This document shows, piece by piece, positions 1-9,042 of a stretch of DNA of 64,000 nucleotides. Under the pieces are notes generated by a model. The model saw only the letters and a list, made by a program, of their open reading frames with translations, made no database searches and had not been told where the DNA came from. The DNA is from an uncultured Alphaproteobacteria bacterium (GTDB lineage: Bacteria; Pseudomonadota; Alphaproteobacteria; HIMB59; GCA-002718135), in assembly GCA_902521325.1 (NCBI GenBank), contig CABYRE010000001.1, forward strand, positions 22,917 through 86,916, written 5' to 3'. Every line of letters begins with the position of its first letter. The first letter of the stretch is position 1. Position numbers and translations under genes: made by a program.

Positions 1-565
1 AAATTGTTTCGTAAAAATAAATAAATCCGTCTAACAATTCTGTTTGTATTTTTTTTTCAACATTAACAAAGGGGTTATCATTTTCGCCTAGAGTTTCTAG
101 ATACGATGAATCAAAAGCTAAACTGCCTGTACTTGTATTTGCAAATTCATCATAATTAAAATTTTCTACAGTGTTATTCTCAATGTATAATATATGTTTT
201 TCATGCACTTGAATCCCAGTACCTCCTGTTTTTCTTATAAAAGTAAGATTAGAGTCATCAAAAAACTTTTCTACTTTGATATCAGTAATTGAATAGTGGG
301 CATCTAACTGAAATACATTTTGAAGACCTTCAAGAGTTGGTTTAAGCAAAACGAAATCATGGAACGAATCAGTAATATAAAAATATTCATTCCACGAACC
401 GATTTTATATTCTGAAACATCTTTGTTATAAAGATCTGAATCTATAATAAATTTATCTATTTCAGGTTTATACTCATTTATGTATTCTTGATCTGTGTTG
501 GCTAACAAAGGCTTAGTTAACAAAATTAAACAAATTGTAAGAATTTTGAATATTGTTTTTTTCAT
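1..565 (-). CDS. hypothetical secreted protein (N-terminal part only; ORF runs off the left edge of the window)
   Basis: Manual translation of the minus strand from the ATG (complement of 563-565) gives MKKTIFKILTICLILLTKPLLANTDQEYINEY... It stays open for 188 codons to position 1. The hydrophobic N-terminus looks like a signal peptide. It is absent from the ORF track, presumably because there is no stop in the window. No family recognised. Confidence 0.5.
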   Translation of the reverse strand, partial: MKKTIFKILTICLILLTKPLLANTDQEYINEYKPEIDKFIIDSDLYNKDVSEYKIGSWNEYFYITDSFHDFVLLKPTLEGLQNVFQLDAHYSITDIKVEKFFDDSNLTFIRKTGGTGIQVHEKHILYIENNTVENFNYDEFANTSTGSLAFDSSYLETLGENDNPFVNVEKKIQTELLDGFIYFYETI

Positions 566-568
566 CTG

Positions 569-1270
569 TTAAATTTCTTTATTATCCCATATTGCATCAA
601 TAATATAATCAATGGGAGTAAATAAAGGCTCAATATAGTAATCAAAAAGTATATCTGTTCCAATTAAGCTTGGTAAGATAAATATTATACCTAGTAGAAT
701 AAAAATATTATATTTTGCATTTACCATTAAAAAATATGCTAATTTATTGGGAAGAAATATTCCTAAAACTCGTCCACCATCTAGTGGGTTCAAGGGTATC
801 ATATTAAAAATTGCTAGGAGCATATTAAGAATAATAAAGTTATATAACATGTCGTATACCCATTCACCTACAGCTGTATAAAACAAAATCTCAGTTGGAA
901 AATATGTAACATACACAAAATAAAGAGCTAAAAAAAATATTACTAAAATGATATTTATTAAAGGACCAGCTAAAGCAATAATTCCAAAATCTCGTTTGTA
1001 ATTCTTAAGTTTATTTAAATTAATTGGAACTGGTTTAGCCCAACCTATTATAAAAGATGGATTTATAAAATATAATACTAACGGGACTAAAATTGTACCG
1101 TATTTATCAATATGCTTAAAAGGATTTAGCGTAACTCTTCCTAATTTTTTTGCGGTATCATCTCCAAAATAAAAAGCAGTATAAGCATGTGCTGCTTCAT
1201 GAAATCCTGCTGCTAATAAAATTGGTAAAATCCAAACTGACAAACCATAAATAAATTCAGTTGTGAGCAT
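569..1270 (-). CDS. site-2 protease family (peptidase M50) zinc metalloprotease
   Basis: 233-aa polytopic membrane ORF with the HExxH motif (FHEAAHAY), LNPFKHID, and the distal FNMIPLNPLDGGRV motif typical of M50/S2P proteases. Confidence 0.8.
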   Translation of the reverse strand: MLTTEFIYGLSVWILPILLAAGFHEAAHAYTAFYFGDDTAKKLGRVTLNPFKHIDKYGTILVPLVLYFINPSFIIGWAKPVPINLNKLKNYKRDFGIIALAGPLINIILVIFFLALYFVYVTYFPTEILFYTAVGEWVYDMLYNFIILNMLLAIFNMIPLNPLDGGRVLGIFLPNKLAYFLMVNAKYNIFILLGIIFILPSLIGTDILFDYYIEPLFTPIDYIIDAIWDNKEI

Positions 1271-1616
1271 TTAATTCTTGAGAATAAATAGATCCATTAG
1301 ATTTAGCTTTTTCTAAATAAAAATAAGCTTTTAGAAATTCATCAGGTCTTTTTGCGTTTTGTAAAAAACTTAAACCATAAAAAAATTGTGAGTCAGCATG
1401 ATTTTGATCAGCTCCTATTTTTAACCAGTATCTTCCCTTGTCTAAATCTTTAGCTATTTTGTATTTTCTATTTCCGTTAATAAATAAACAACCTAAATAA
1501 CATGACGCATCAAAATTATAATCAGTGTTGTATAAATTTTCTGCACGTTTTATAGCCTCTTCAGTTTGACCCATATGCATTAAATATCCTACTTTACGCA
1601 TTTTGCTCTTCTTCAT
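1257..1616 (-). CDS. Sel1-like/TPR repeat protein
   Basis: 119-aa ORF overlapping both neighbours (14 nt and 23 nt). It shows a Sel1-like repeat pattern (CYLGCLFINGN..., KGRYWLKIGADQNHADSQFFYGLSF). Confidence 0.55.
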   Translation of the reverse strand: MKKSKMRKVGYLMHMGQTEEAIKRAENLYNTDYNFDASCYLGCLFINGNRKYKIAKDLDKGRYWLKIGADQNHADSQFFYGLSFLQNAKRPDEFLKAYFYLEKAKSNGSIYSQELNAHN

Positions 1617-2286
1617 TACTTATAATTTCCTTCATTAATTCTTTAATCTCATTTTTTGTTATTTTATTATCTGGCTCTAATTCTATGTGAGTTCCTAATA
1701 ATTCTGTTCCAAAGCTTTTGAATTTTAAACTTAGTTCAAATATGTCGTATTGTTGTCTGTTATTTGGACATTCTAAATTTAATACTGGTTGTACAAAACC
1801 ATTTTTATCAAGCTCATTAGGTTCATCTATTCCTATTCTTCCAGAGTAAATATCAATTGAAAACTCTTTTGTTTTTTCAATTGCAAATTCATCTTCATAT
1901 AAAGTGTTATATGTACCAAAGGAGTAAATCAAAATATCAACAATCTTATTCTCTACAAATCTTCCCCACACATCAAAAGTTCCATCACCACCAAGCCATG
2001 GAACAGAATAACCCGAATATTTTCCAATTTTAAAACAAGTATCGTGAGTTAGTACATCTATAAAACCATTTCCTTGGTCATATTCACCTAAATCAACACT
2101 TTCCATTTCTGGATATTTTGTATTTCTATGTAATTTAGCATTATCAAATTCTTCTTGATTATCATGTGAGTAAAGGTGAATAGGATTAAAGTATTTTGGA
2201 AAATTTTCAGCATCGGAGACAATTATTATCCCTCCATCAACGCCAACCTCACCAAGTTTTTTCCATTTGAAAATTTTTTTATCCAT
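1594..2286 (-). CDS. hypothetical protein
   Basis: 230-aa ORF, tightly packed (3 nt from the upstream ORF, 23-nt overlap downstream). The motifs GVDGGIIIVSD and GGDGTFDVWG are reminiscent of DUF4241-type proteins, but this is recollection only and no confident family is assigned. Confidence 0.5.
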   Translation of the reverse strand: MDKKIFKWKKLGEVGVDGGIIIVSDAENFPKYFNPIHLYSHDNQEEFDNAKLHRNTKYPEMESVDLGEYDQGNGFIDVLTHDTCFKIGKYSGYSVPWLGGDGTFDVWGRFVENKIVDILIYSFGTYNTLYEDEFAIEKTKEFSIDIYSGRIGIDEPNELDKNGFVQPVLNLECPNNRQQYDIFELSLKFKSFGTELLGTHIELEPDNKITKNEIKELMKEIISNEEEQNA

Positions 2287-2289
2287 ATT

Positions 2290-2682
2290 TTAAAAAGCTC
2301 CATTTTCAATACCTGTCAAACAAATTACAGTTACAAGAAGATAATAAATAAGTAATAATAACAACTGAACATTACCGCCTCCTACAAATCGTATTCTCCA
2401 AGAGTTAGGAATGTAAGGTATAAAATAATATAAGCATTTAAACATAATAAGATAAATTAAAGAGATTAATAAAACACCATTAATTATGTTTTGTTCACAA
2501 AAATAAATCATTAAATAAAAAGATACAATCATGGGAGGAGTTTGATAAAAAAAGAAATTTTTATAATTAGTATCTTGTACGTAGAAAAGTTTTTTATATT
2601 TATGATAAAAAAAAGAAATATGTCTGCAAACTAATACAAAAAAACAAAAAATTATTAATATTTTTATAAGGTTTGCTAACAT
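2290..2682 (-). CDS. hypothetical integral membrane protein
   Basis: 130-aa ORF with about four hydrophobic segments, co-directional with and 3 nt from the next ORF. No family recognised. Confidence 0.45.
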   Translation of the reverse strand: MLANLIKILIIFCFFVLVCRHISFFYHKYKKLFYVQDTNYKNFFFYQTPPMIVSFYLMIYFCEQNIINGVLLISLIYLIMFKCLYYFIPYIPNSWRIRFVGGGNVQLLLLLIYYLLVTVICLTGIENGAF

Positions 2683-2760
2683 TTCAATACCTTATCATAT
2701 TAAAAAAATAAGCCTATAATATGATCACAATTTCAATACATTCACATTAAAAAAGAATAA

Positions 2761-3723
2761 TTAATTAATTAATTTTTTTATTTTAGTAGGTAATTGATTA
2801 TATTTGTATTTTTGAAAGCTTAAAAGATCTATGGCTTGATCATAGTAATCTTCATAAAATTTTTTAATTTGCTCTTCATTTAACTTGAATGTTTTGATGT
2901 CTAATATTTTTCCATCTTTCATTTTGAGTTTATCAAGATGATCAAAAGGTGTTTGAATTGAAGTTCCATCACCATATTCTATATCGTTTTTAAATTTACC
3001 GTTAAAAAACCAAATTGGTTTTCTCAATTTTGAATCCTTATATTGTATTTTTCTTCCTTTGCCTTCTAGATTTCCATTCTTAAATCTGCCAATACTTATT
3101 ATAAATAAAGTTGGTTTTGATTTTTTAGTCTCTATTCTTACACCTTCACCGTATAAAAATTTTTTTTCCCCATGTTTAAATTCACCGTACCATACAATTT
3201 GGTGCTTCTTTTTTTTATCAACAAACATAGAGTACTTGTATATTGTTGCCTCTTTTTTTTCATTATGACTCCATTTTCCAACTCGCACTGATCCATCTTT
3301 TAATAGGACTTGCCCCTCAACAAAAACATCATTTTTGAATATTCCATTCTCATAAGTTCCATCTGCCCATTTTCTTAAACCTTGACCATTTGGCCAACAA
3401 TTTGTTGTCCATTCGCCAATGTATGAAAAACCGCCTTTCTCTATGGTCTTTCCAGAAACAGGTTTACCATTTTTCCAAACGCCAGTATGTATTAACCCAT
3501 CTTCAAATTCTTCGGTTATTTTTCCTTTTCCATGAAATTTTCCATTTTTAAATTCCCCATCGTAAATTTCTATAATTGAATCATCATATGGATCTATTTT
3601 AGTTTTCATTTTTCCTTTACCGTGAGGTTTGTTATTCTTTACTTCACCAAAATAAGTCCAATTTTTTGTTTGTATTTTTTCTTTTTTTTTCATTTTATTT
3701 GAGATTATATCTTTTCCATACAT
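2761..3723 (-). CDS. MORN-repeat protein
   Basis: 320-aa ORF with about nine MORN-type repeats (YFGEVKNNKPHGKGK, YDGEFKNGKFHGKGK, YIGEWTTNCWPNGQG, WYGEFKHGEKKFLYGEG, GRFKNGNLEGKGR, FNGKFKNDIEYGDG). No signal peptide. Confidence 0.75.
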   Translation of the reverse strand: MYGKDIISNKMKKKEKIQTKNWTYFGEVKNNKPHGKGKMKTKIDPYDDSIIEIYDGEFKNGKFHGKGKITEEFEDGLIHTGVWKNGKPVSGKTIEKGGFSYIGEWTTNCWPNGQGLRKWADGTYENGIFKNDVFVEGQVLLKDGSVRVGKWSHNEKKEATIYKYSMFVDKKKKHQIVWYGEFKHGEKKFLYGEGVRIETKKSKPTLFIISIGRFKNGNLEGKGRKIQYKDSKLRKPIWFFNGKFKNDIEYGDGTSIQTPFDHLDKLKMKDGKILDIKTFKLNEEQIKKFYEDYYDQAIDLLSFQKYKYNQLPTKIKKLIN

Positions 3724-3766
3724 GAAAAATTGACATACATTATCCTATCATCAACCAAGGAGATTG

Positions 3767-3811
3767 TTTAGTTCTAATCAGTGTAAAACCATCTAGAATA
3801 TGTTAAAATAA
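3767..3811. repeat. 45-nt direct repeat, copy 1 (tttagttctaatcagtgtaaaaccaTctagaatatgttaaaataa)
   Basis: Read directly from the sequence. It is identical to 4544-4588 at 44 of 45 positions (T versus A at repeat position 26). Confidence 0.9.
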
Positions 3812-3842
3812 ATAAATAATTATAGTATTATTTTTTTAATTT

Positions 3843-4085
3843 ATGAAATATCCTGGTTGCGCACCTGATTATGATTATCTCTGCATCGTTTTAAGTGCAG
3901 TAACAGGAAATTTATTTTTAATTATTATTATTGGTGCTCCACTTCTTTTATTTTTTTTATTTAAAAATACTTTTCCAGAACTTTATTTAGGGATCGCAAA
4001 TATTATTAAATCCATTTTAGCTATTGTTATCTTAATTGGTATCTTTTTATTTTTTACTCACCTTGTTGAGATTGGATTTTTTTAA
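3843..4085 (+). CDS. hypothetical small membrane protein
   Basis: 80-aa ORF with two long hydrophobic segments, starting 32 nt after repeat copy 1. The next ORF follows 2 nt later. Confidence 0.4.
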   Translation: MKYPGCAPDYDYLCIVLSAVTGNLFLIIIIGAPLLLFFLFKNTFPELYLGIANIIKSILAIVILIGIFLFFTHLVEIGFF

Positions 4086-4087
4086 TT

Positions 4088-4507
4088 ATGAAAAATATTT
4101 TCTACTACGCTCTTTTTTTAGTTGGGTTCGTTATTTTCATGAATTATCCAAAAATATATGATTACTTAAGTGGTAATGCTCAAAAAAATGAAACAGTAAC
4201 AAAGTTAGAAATGGCAAAATTGGAGATTAATAAATACGATTCATATAAAAATTATTTTTGTGATGAAGATTATACTTTAAAAGATCTTTGCAAAAGCACC
4301 TTCCCTTATTCTTTTGAAGGTGAAAAGGTTTGCGATAAGGAAGATTTTGCTGAAAATTTATTATTTAAAGCAGAATTTAAAAGATTTAGTCAAGGTCTAG
4401 ATAAAAGCCCAGAAAGTTGCTCAGTTTTAAAAGTTGAATTTGATAAAGAAATTCAATTTTGGGAAGATTATATATTTAAATTTAAAGATATAATTTCTAA
4501 CCAATGA
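4088..4507 (+). CDS. hypothetical protein with N-terminal membrane anchor/signal segment and Cys-containing domain
   Basis: 139-aa ORF with a hydrophobic N-terminus (IFYYALFLVGFVIFM) and five Cys in the soluble part. A 7-bp-stem hairpin (4525-4542) lies just downstream. No family recognised. Confidence 0.45.
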   Translation: MKNIFYYALFLVGFVIFMNYPKIYDYLSGNAQKNETVTKLEMAKLEINKYDSYKNYFCDEDYTLKDLCKSTFPYSFEGEKVCDKEDFAENLLFKAEFKRFSQGLDKSPESCSVLKVEFDKEIQFWEDYIFKFKDIISNQ

Positions 4508-4543
4508 CGATACCAACTATTTTAATATTACGTTAGTAATATC

Positions 4544-4588
4544 TTTAGTTCTAATCAGTGTAAAACCAACTAGAATATGTTAAAATAA
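4544..4588. repeat. 45-nt direct repeat, copy 2
   Basis: 44/45 identical to 3767-3811, 777 nt downstream of copy 1 and 78 nt upstream of tRNA-Arg. Confidence 0.9.
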
Positions 4589-4594
4589 TTAAAC

Positions 4595-4616
4595 GGTGGT
4601 ACCATGGTGGTACCAT
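4595..4616. repeat. perfect tandem duplication of an 11-mer (ggtggtaccat x2)
   Basis: Read directly: ggtggtaccat ggtggtaccat. It is locally GC-rich and contains palindromic accatggt and ggtacc cores. Confidence 0.9.
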
Positions 4617-4665
4617 GAACATTGAATGTTCAATAGTAAGTTGATAAAGGATTGAAAAATAAGAA

Positions 4666-4742
4666 GCGCCTGTAGCTCAATTGGATAGAGCGTATGACTA
4701 CGGATCATAAGGTTAGGAGTTCGACTCTTCTCAGGCGCGCCA
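4666..4742 (+). tRNA. tRNA-Arg (anticodon ACG)
   Basis: Manual cloverleaf: acceptor GCGCCTG/CAGGCGC, D arm GCTC-AATTGGATA-GAGC, anticodon stem TATGA/TCATA with loop CT-ACG-GA, T arm AGGAG-TTCGACT-CTTCT, discriminator G, and an encoded CCA. Confidence 0.9.
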
Positions 4743-4797
4743 AAAAAAAATGTTATTATATAAATTTGACCAAATCTGTATTAATTAAAATAATAAA

Positions 4798-5820
4798 ATG
4801 ATTGTTGATATAAACTCCACAAAAATAAAAAGTGATAAACGTTTATCAAATTTATTTTTTAACGCAAATTTTGATAATTTATCTATTAATTGCAATGTAC
4901 TTCAAGGTAATTTTTATTCTGATTCATTTTATTATTTTCCAATTACTGAGCATAATGAAACATTTTCATCATTATTCACTAGAGATCTTAACAATATTTC
5001 TCATTTTTATTCTCAAAAATTTTTTGATAATTTTAAAGAAAATAAAAATTCATTAAAAAATATTAAAGGCCTTTATATACTTGGATCAAATGCGGGTAAT
5101 AATTATTATTCAAATTTATTACAATTTTTACCAAGGATTTTCTTTAATAAAAAAACAAATCTGAAACTAGCAATTCATAGAAATTCATCAAATAAATATA
5201 GAAATTTTATTGGAAGTATTTTACAATCTCTAAATATTGAATTCACTTTTGTGTTTCTAGACGATGATTTTTATTACTTTATAGATTCAGAGTTTCCTCA
5301 GTTTTTAAATATTGATGTTTCTATTGAAATACTAAAAAAATTTTTAAATCCAAAGACCAATGTAGAATTAAGTAAAAAAATATATGTTACCAGAGAAGAT
5401 TCCAATTATAGAAAAATTATCAATGAGGGTGATGTCGTAACACTTTTGAGACAAAAAGGTTATAGAGTTATTAACCCTCAATTATATGAAATAGAAGAGC
5501 AGATAGAAATTTTTTCTAACGCTGAAAAAATAATTTCTCCTCATGGCTCTAATTTAGCAAATATTATATTTTGTAAACCTGGAACAGAAATATTTGAGAT
5601 AACTCCTTCTTTTAATGAAAACGAGAAAACACTTGAAGACAGATATTTAAACTTAGCACTAATGAATAAGCTTAATCATAATAAAATAATCGCTGATACA
5701 GTTGATGTTGAATATCATTCACCTATAGCAAAAAAATATATTCACACTAATGTTTTATCTCAAAGTAATTACTATAAAAATCTAATTGTTAAAATTCAGA
5801 ATCTCAGTGAAGTAATTTAA
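4798..5820 (+). CDS. putative glycosyltransferase (DUF563/GT61-like)
   Basis: 340-aa ORF. The C-terminal half (IYVTREDSNYRKIINEGDV...EEQIEIFSNAEKIISPHGSNLANIIFCKPGTEIFEI) matches my recollection of the DUF563/GT61 pattern (R.I.N..E...EQ....A..I.G.HG..L.N..F......V.E). Confidence 0.5.
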   Translation: MIVDINSTKIKSDKRLSNLFFNANFDNLSINCNVLQGNFYSDSFYYFPITEHNETFSSLFTRDLNNISHFYSQKFFDNFKENKNSLKNIKGLYILGSNAGNNYYSNLLQFLPRIFFNKKTNLKLAIHRNSSNKYRNFIGSILQSLNIEFTFVFLDDDFYYFIDSEFPQFLNIDVSIEILKKFLNPKTNVELSKKIYVTREDSNYRKIINEGDVVTLLRQKGYRVINPQLYEIEEQIEIFSNAEKIISPHGSNLANIIFCKPGTEIFEITPSFNENEKTLEDRYLNLALMNKLNHNKIIADTVDVEYHSPIAKKYIHTNVLSQSNYYKNLIVKIQNLSEVI

Positions 5821-5821
5821 T

Positions 5822-6844
5822 TCAACAATTTTTCAAATAAACTGGAATTACAACGTTGATATTAGTTTTTAAACTTCTACAAAATTTTTTGAAAGAATAC
5901 CTATTTCTAGGTTGACCTTTGTATTTAGCCAATAGGTTTCCTAGAAAGGAATTAACAATTTTATTTTCGTAAATTTTATAATCGTCAAATTCGTTTTCTT
6001 TAATGATTAATTCAAGAAGTGTTTCATAGCTCAAAATATCATCAACTAAAAAATTATTTTTTGCTTGATTGCTATTATAAATTAAAGCCCCAATATCATT
6101 TTTTATATTGGAAATTTCAATTTTTCTACTTTTAGAAACTTTAGCAGCAAAGTCATTATAAACATCATCAATAATATTTTGTAAGTGTTCAATTTCATTA
6201 CTTTTAGGTCGCCTATATGGATTAAACAAATCCTTACCTTCTCCAGCATTTTGGTTAAATACTTCTATCCCATCTTTAGTTTCAATAGATCCACCAAAGA
6301 TTCCAGAAGATAAGCTTAATGGCGTATTATAATAAAACCAACTTGGTCCACTTACCCCTATACTACCTATAATTGATCCATATGATGCAAATATCTTATC
6401 ACCTGTAGTTGCAACCCAATATCCACCAGAAGCCAAAATTTCTTTTGTAAAAAAATATACTTTAGTATTAGTGCCTTCCTTAAATTCGTAAATTATTTGC
6501 TCCAACTCAGCCGTAGCACTAACAGTTCCACCAGGTGTATTAATATTTATAATTAGTGTATTAATTTTTAGCTGTTTTAATTCTTCCAAATAAGATTTTA
6601 CTTGAGCAGGGTCAATATATTCATAAAGATTGTTTCCAAAAACATCACTGTTGTTATTAAAAATTGGCCCATTCAAATTGATTTTTGCGATTATATTATC
6701 GGAGCTTTCGGTACCATCGGTCATTACAAAATGTCTTTTTTGCAAATCATTAGAAAAATGTAGAAAAATATTAACTATAATTAAAAAAATTAATACTGCA
6801 CTTAAAAAACCTAGAGTTCTTAAAAAAACACTAAAAAATAACAT
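5822..6844 (-). CDS. sppA: signal peptide peptidase SppA (36K type, peptidase S49)
   Basis: 340-aa ORF with an N-terminal TM segment and S49 hallmarks (INTPGG, ASGGYWVA, GSIGVSG). Confidence 0.8.
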   Translation of the reverse strand: MLFFSVFLRTLGFLSAVLIFLIIVNIFLHFSNDLQKRHFVMTDGTESSDNIIAKINLNGPIFNNNSDVFGNNLYEYIDPAQVKSYLEELKQLKINTLIININTPGGTVSATAELEQIIYEFKEGTNTKVYFFTKEILASGGYWVATTGDKIFASYGSIIGSIGVSGPSWFYYNTPLSLSSGIFGGSIETKDGIEVFNQNAGEGKDLFNPYRRPKSNEIEHLQNIIDDVYNDFAAKVSKSRKIEISNIKNDIGALIYNSNQAKNNFLVDDILSYETLLELIIKENEFDDYKIYENKIVNSFLGNLLAKYKGQPRNRYSFKKFCRSLKTNINVVIPVYLKNC

Positions 6845-6864
6845 TTTTTTTAAAATATCATAAC

Positions 6865-6879
6865 TTTGAATAATTCAAA
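6865..6879. repeat. perfect 15-bp palindrome tttgaat-a-attcaaa in the sppA/groES divergent region (function unknown)
   Basis: Read directly; it is a 7-1-7 inverted repeat 21 nt upstream of the sppA start codon. Confidence 0.6.
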
Positions 6880-6896
6880 TTTTTTTTTGTTTTCTT

Positions 6897-6924
6897 CTTG
6901 AATAGACTTTAATAATGCTTAAAT
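6897..6924 (+). promoter_or_regulatory. putative RpoH (sigma32)-type heat-shock promoter of groESL
   Basis: CTTGAA (6897-6902) and CTTAAAT (6918-6924) form CTTG-N17-CTTAAAT. This resembles the alphaproteobacterial RpoH consensus CTTG-N17/18-CYTATNT (6/7 in the -10 element) and ends 2 nt before CIRCE. Confidence 0.45.
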
Positions 6925-6926
6925 AA

Positions 6927-6953
6927 TTAGCACTCTCATAAAGAGAGTGCTAA
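6927..6953 (+). promoter_or_regulatory. CIRCE operator (HrcA binding site)
   Basis: TTAGCACTC-tcataaaga-GAGTGCTAA is a perfect match to the CIRCE consensus TTAGCACTC-N9-GAGTGCTAA. It lies 43 nt upstream of groES. Confidence 0.9.
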
Positions 6954-6995
6954 TAAAAAATGTATTAATTTCAATTAGTTAACAAAAGAGGAAAT

Positions 6996-7301
6996 ATGAA
7001 ATTTAGACCTTTACATGATAGAGTCTTAGTCAAAAGAGTGGATTCTGATCAAAAAACAGCAGGGGGCATAATTATCCCTGATACTGCTCAAGAAAAACCA
7101 ATGGAAGGTGAAGTATTAGAAGTTGGTTCTGGGGCAAGAGATGAAACAGGAAAACTAGTACCTTTGGATGTCAAAAAAGGAGATAAAATACTTTTTGGAA
7201 AATGGTCTGGTACTGAAGTAAAAATGAATGGTGATGACTTTCTGATAATGAAAGAGTCTGACATCATGGGAATTATAACTTCAGGTAAGAAAAAGAAATA
7301 G
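6996..7301 (+). CDS. groES: co-chaperonin GroES
   Basis: 101 aa: [14 protein letters not shown]...[20 protein letters not shown], immediately upstream of groEL. Confidence 0.97.
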   Translation: MKFRPLHDRVLVKRVDSDQKTAGGIIIPDTAQEKPMEGEVLEVGSGARDETGKLVPLDVKKGDKILFGKWSGTEVKMNGDDFLIMKESDIMGIITSGKKKK

Positions 7302-8990
<1,689 letters not shown>

Positions 8991-9010
8991 TTAATAAATA
9001 AATATATTAT

Positions 9011-9042
9011 AAAAGGGGCAAATTTATTTGCCCTTTTTTTTT
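9011..9042. terminator. bidirectional intrinsic terminator between convergent groEL and gpx
   Basis: aaaaggggcaaa-ttta-tttgccc(t)tttt forms a stem of about 12 bp (one G:U) with a 4-nt loop. A T9 run follows on the plus strand and a T4 run on the minus strand. Confidence 0.7.

Noticed and set aside
2681-2739. Direct 10-mer atttcaatac (2681-2690 and 2730-2739) flanking a 7-bp inverted repeat atcatat/atatgat, in the spacer between the MORN gene and the membrane-protein gene
   Set aside because: These are short, AT-only matches that are plausible by chance in this composition. At most it is a weak terminator or promoter region, and nothing links it to mobility.
4798-5820. Low G+C of the glycosyltransferase gene (13/60 G+C at 4861-4920 versus 24-25/60 in single lines of groEL and dmgdh) as evidence for horizontal acquisition
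   Set aside because: Other clearly native-looking genes are equally or more AT-rich (8/60 at 39361-39420 in the photolyase operon). The contrast mainly separates highly conserved proteins from less constrained ones, so it is not evidence for foreign origin.
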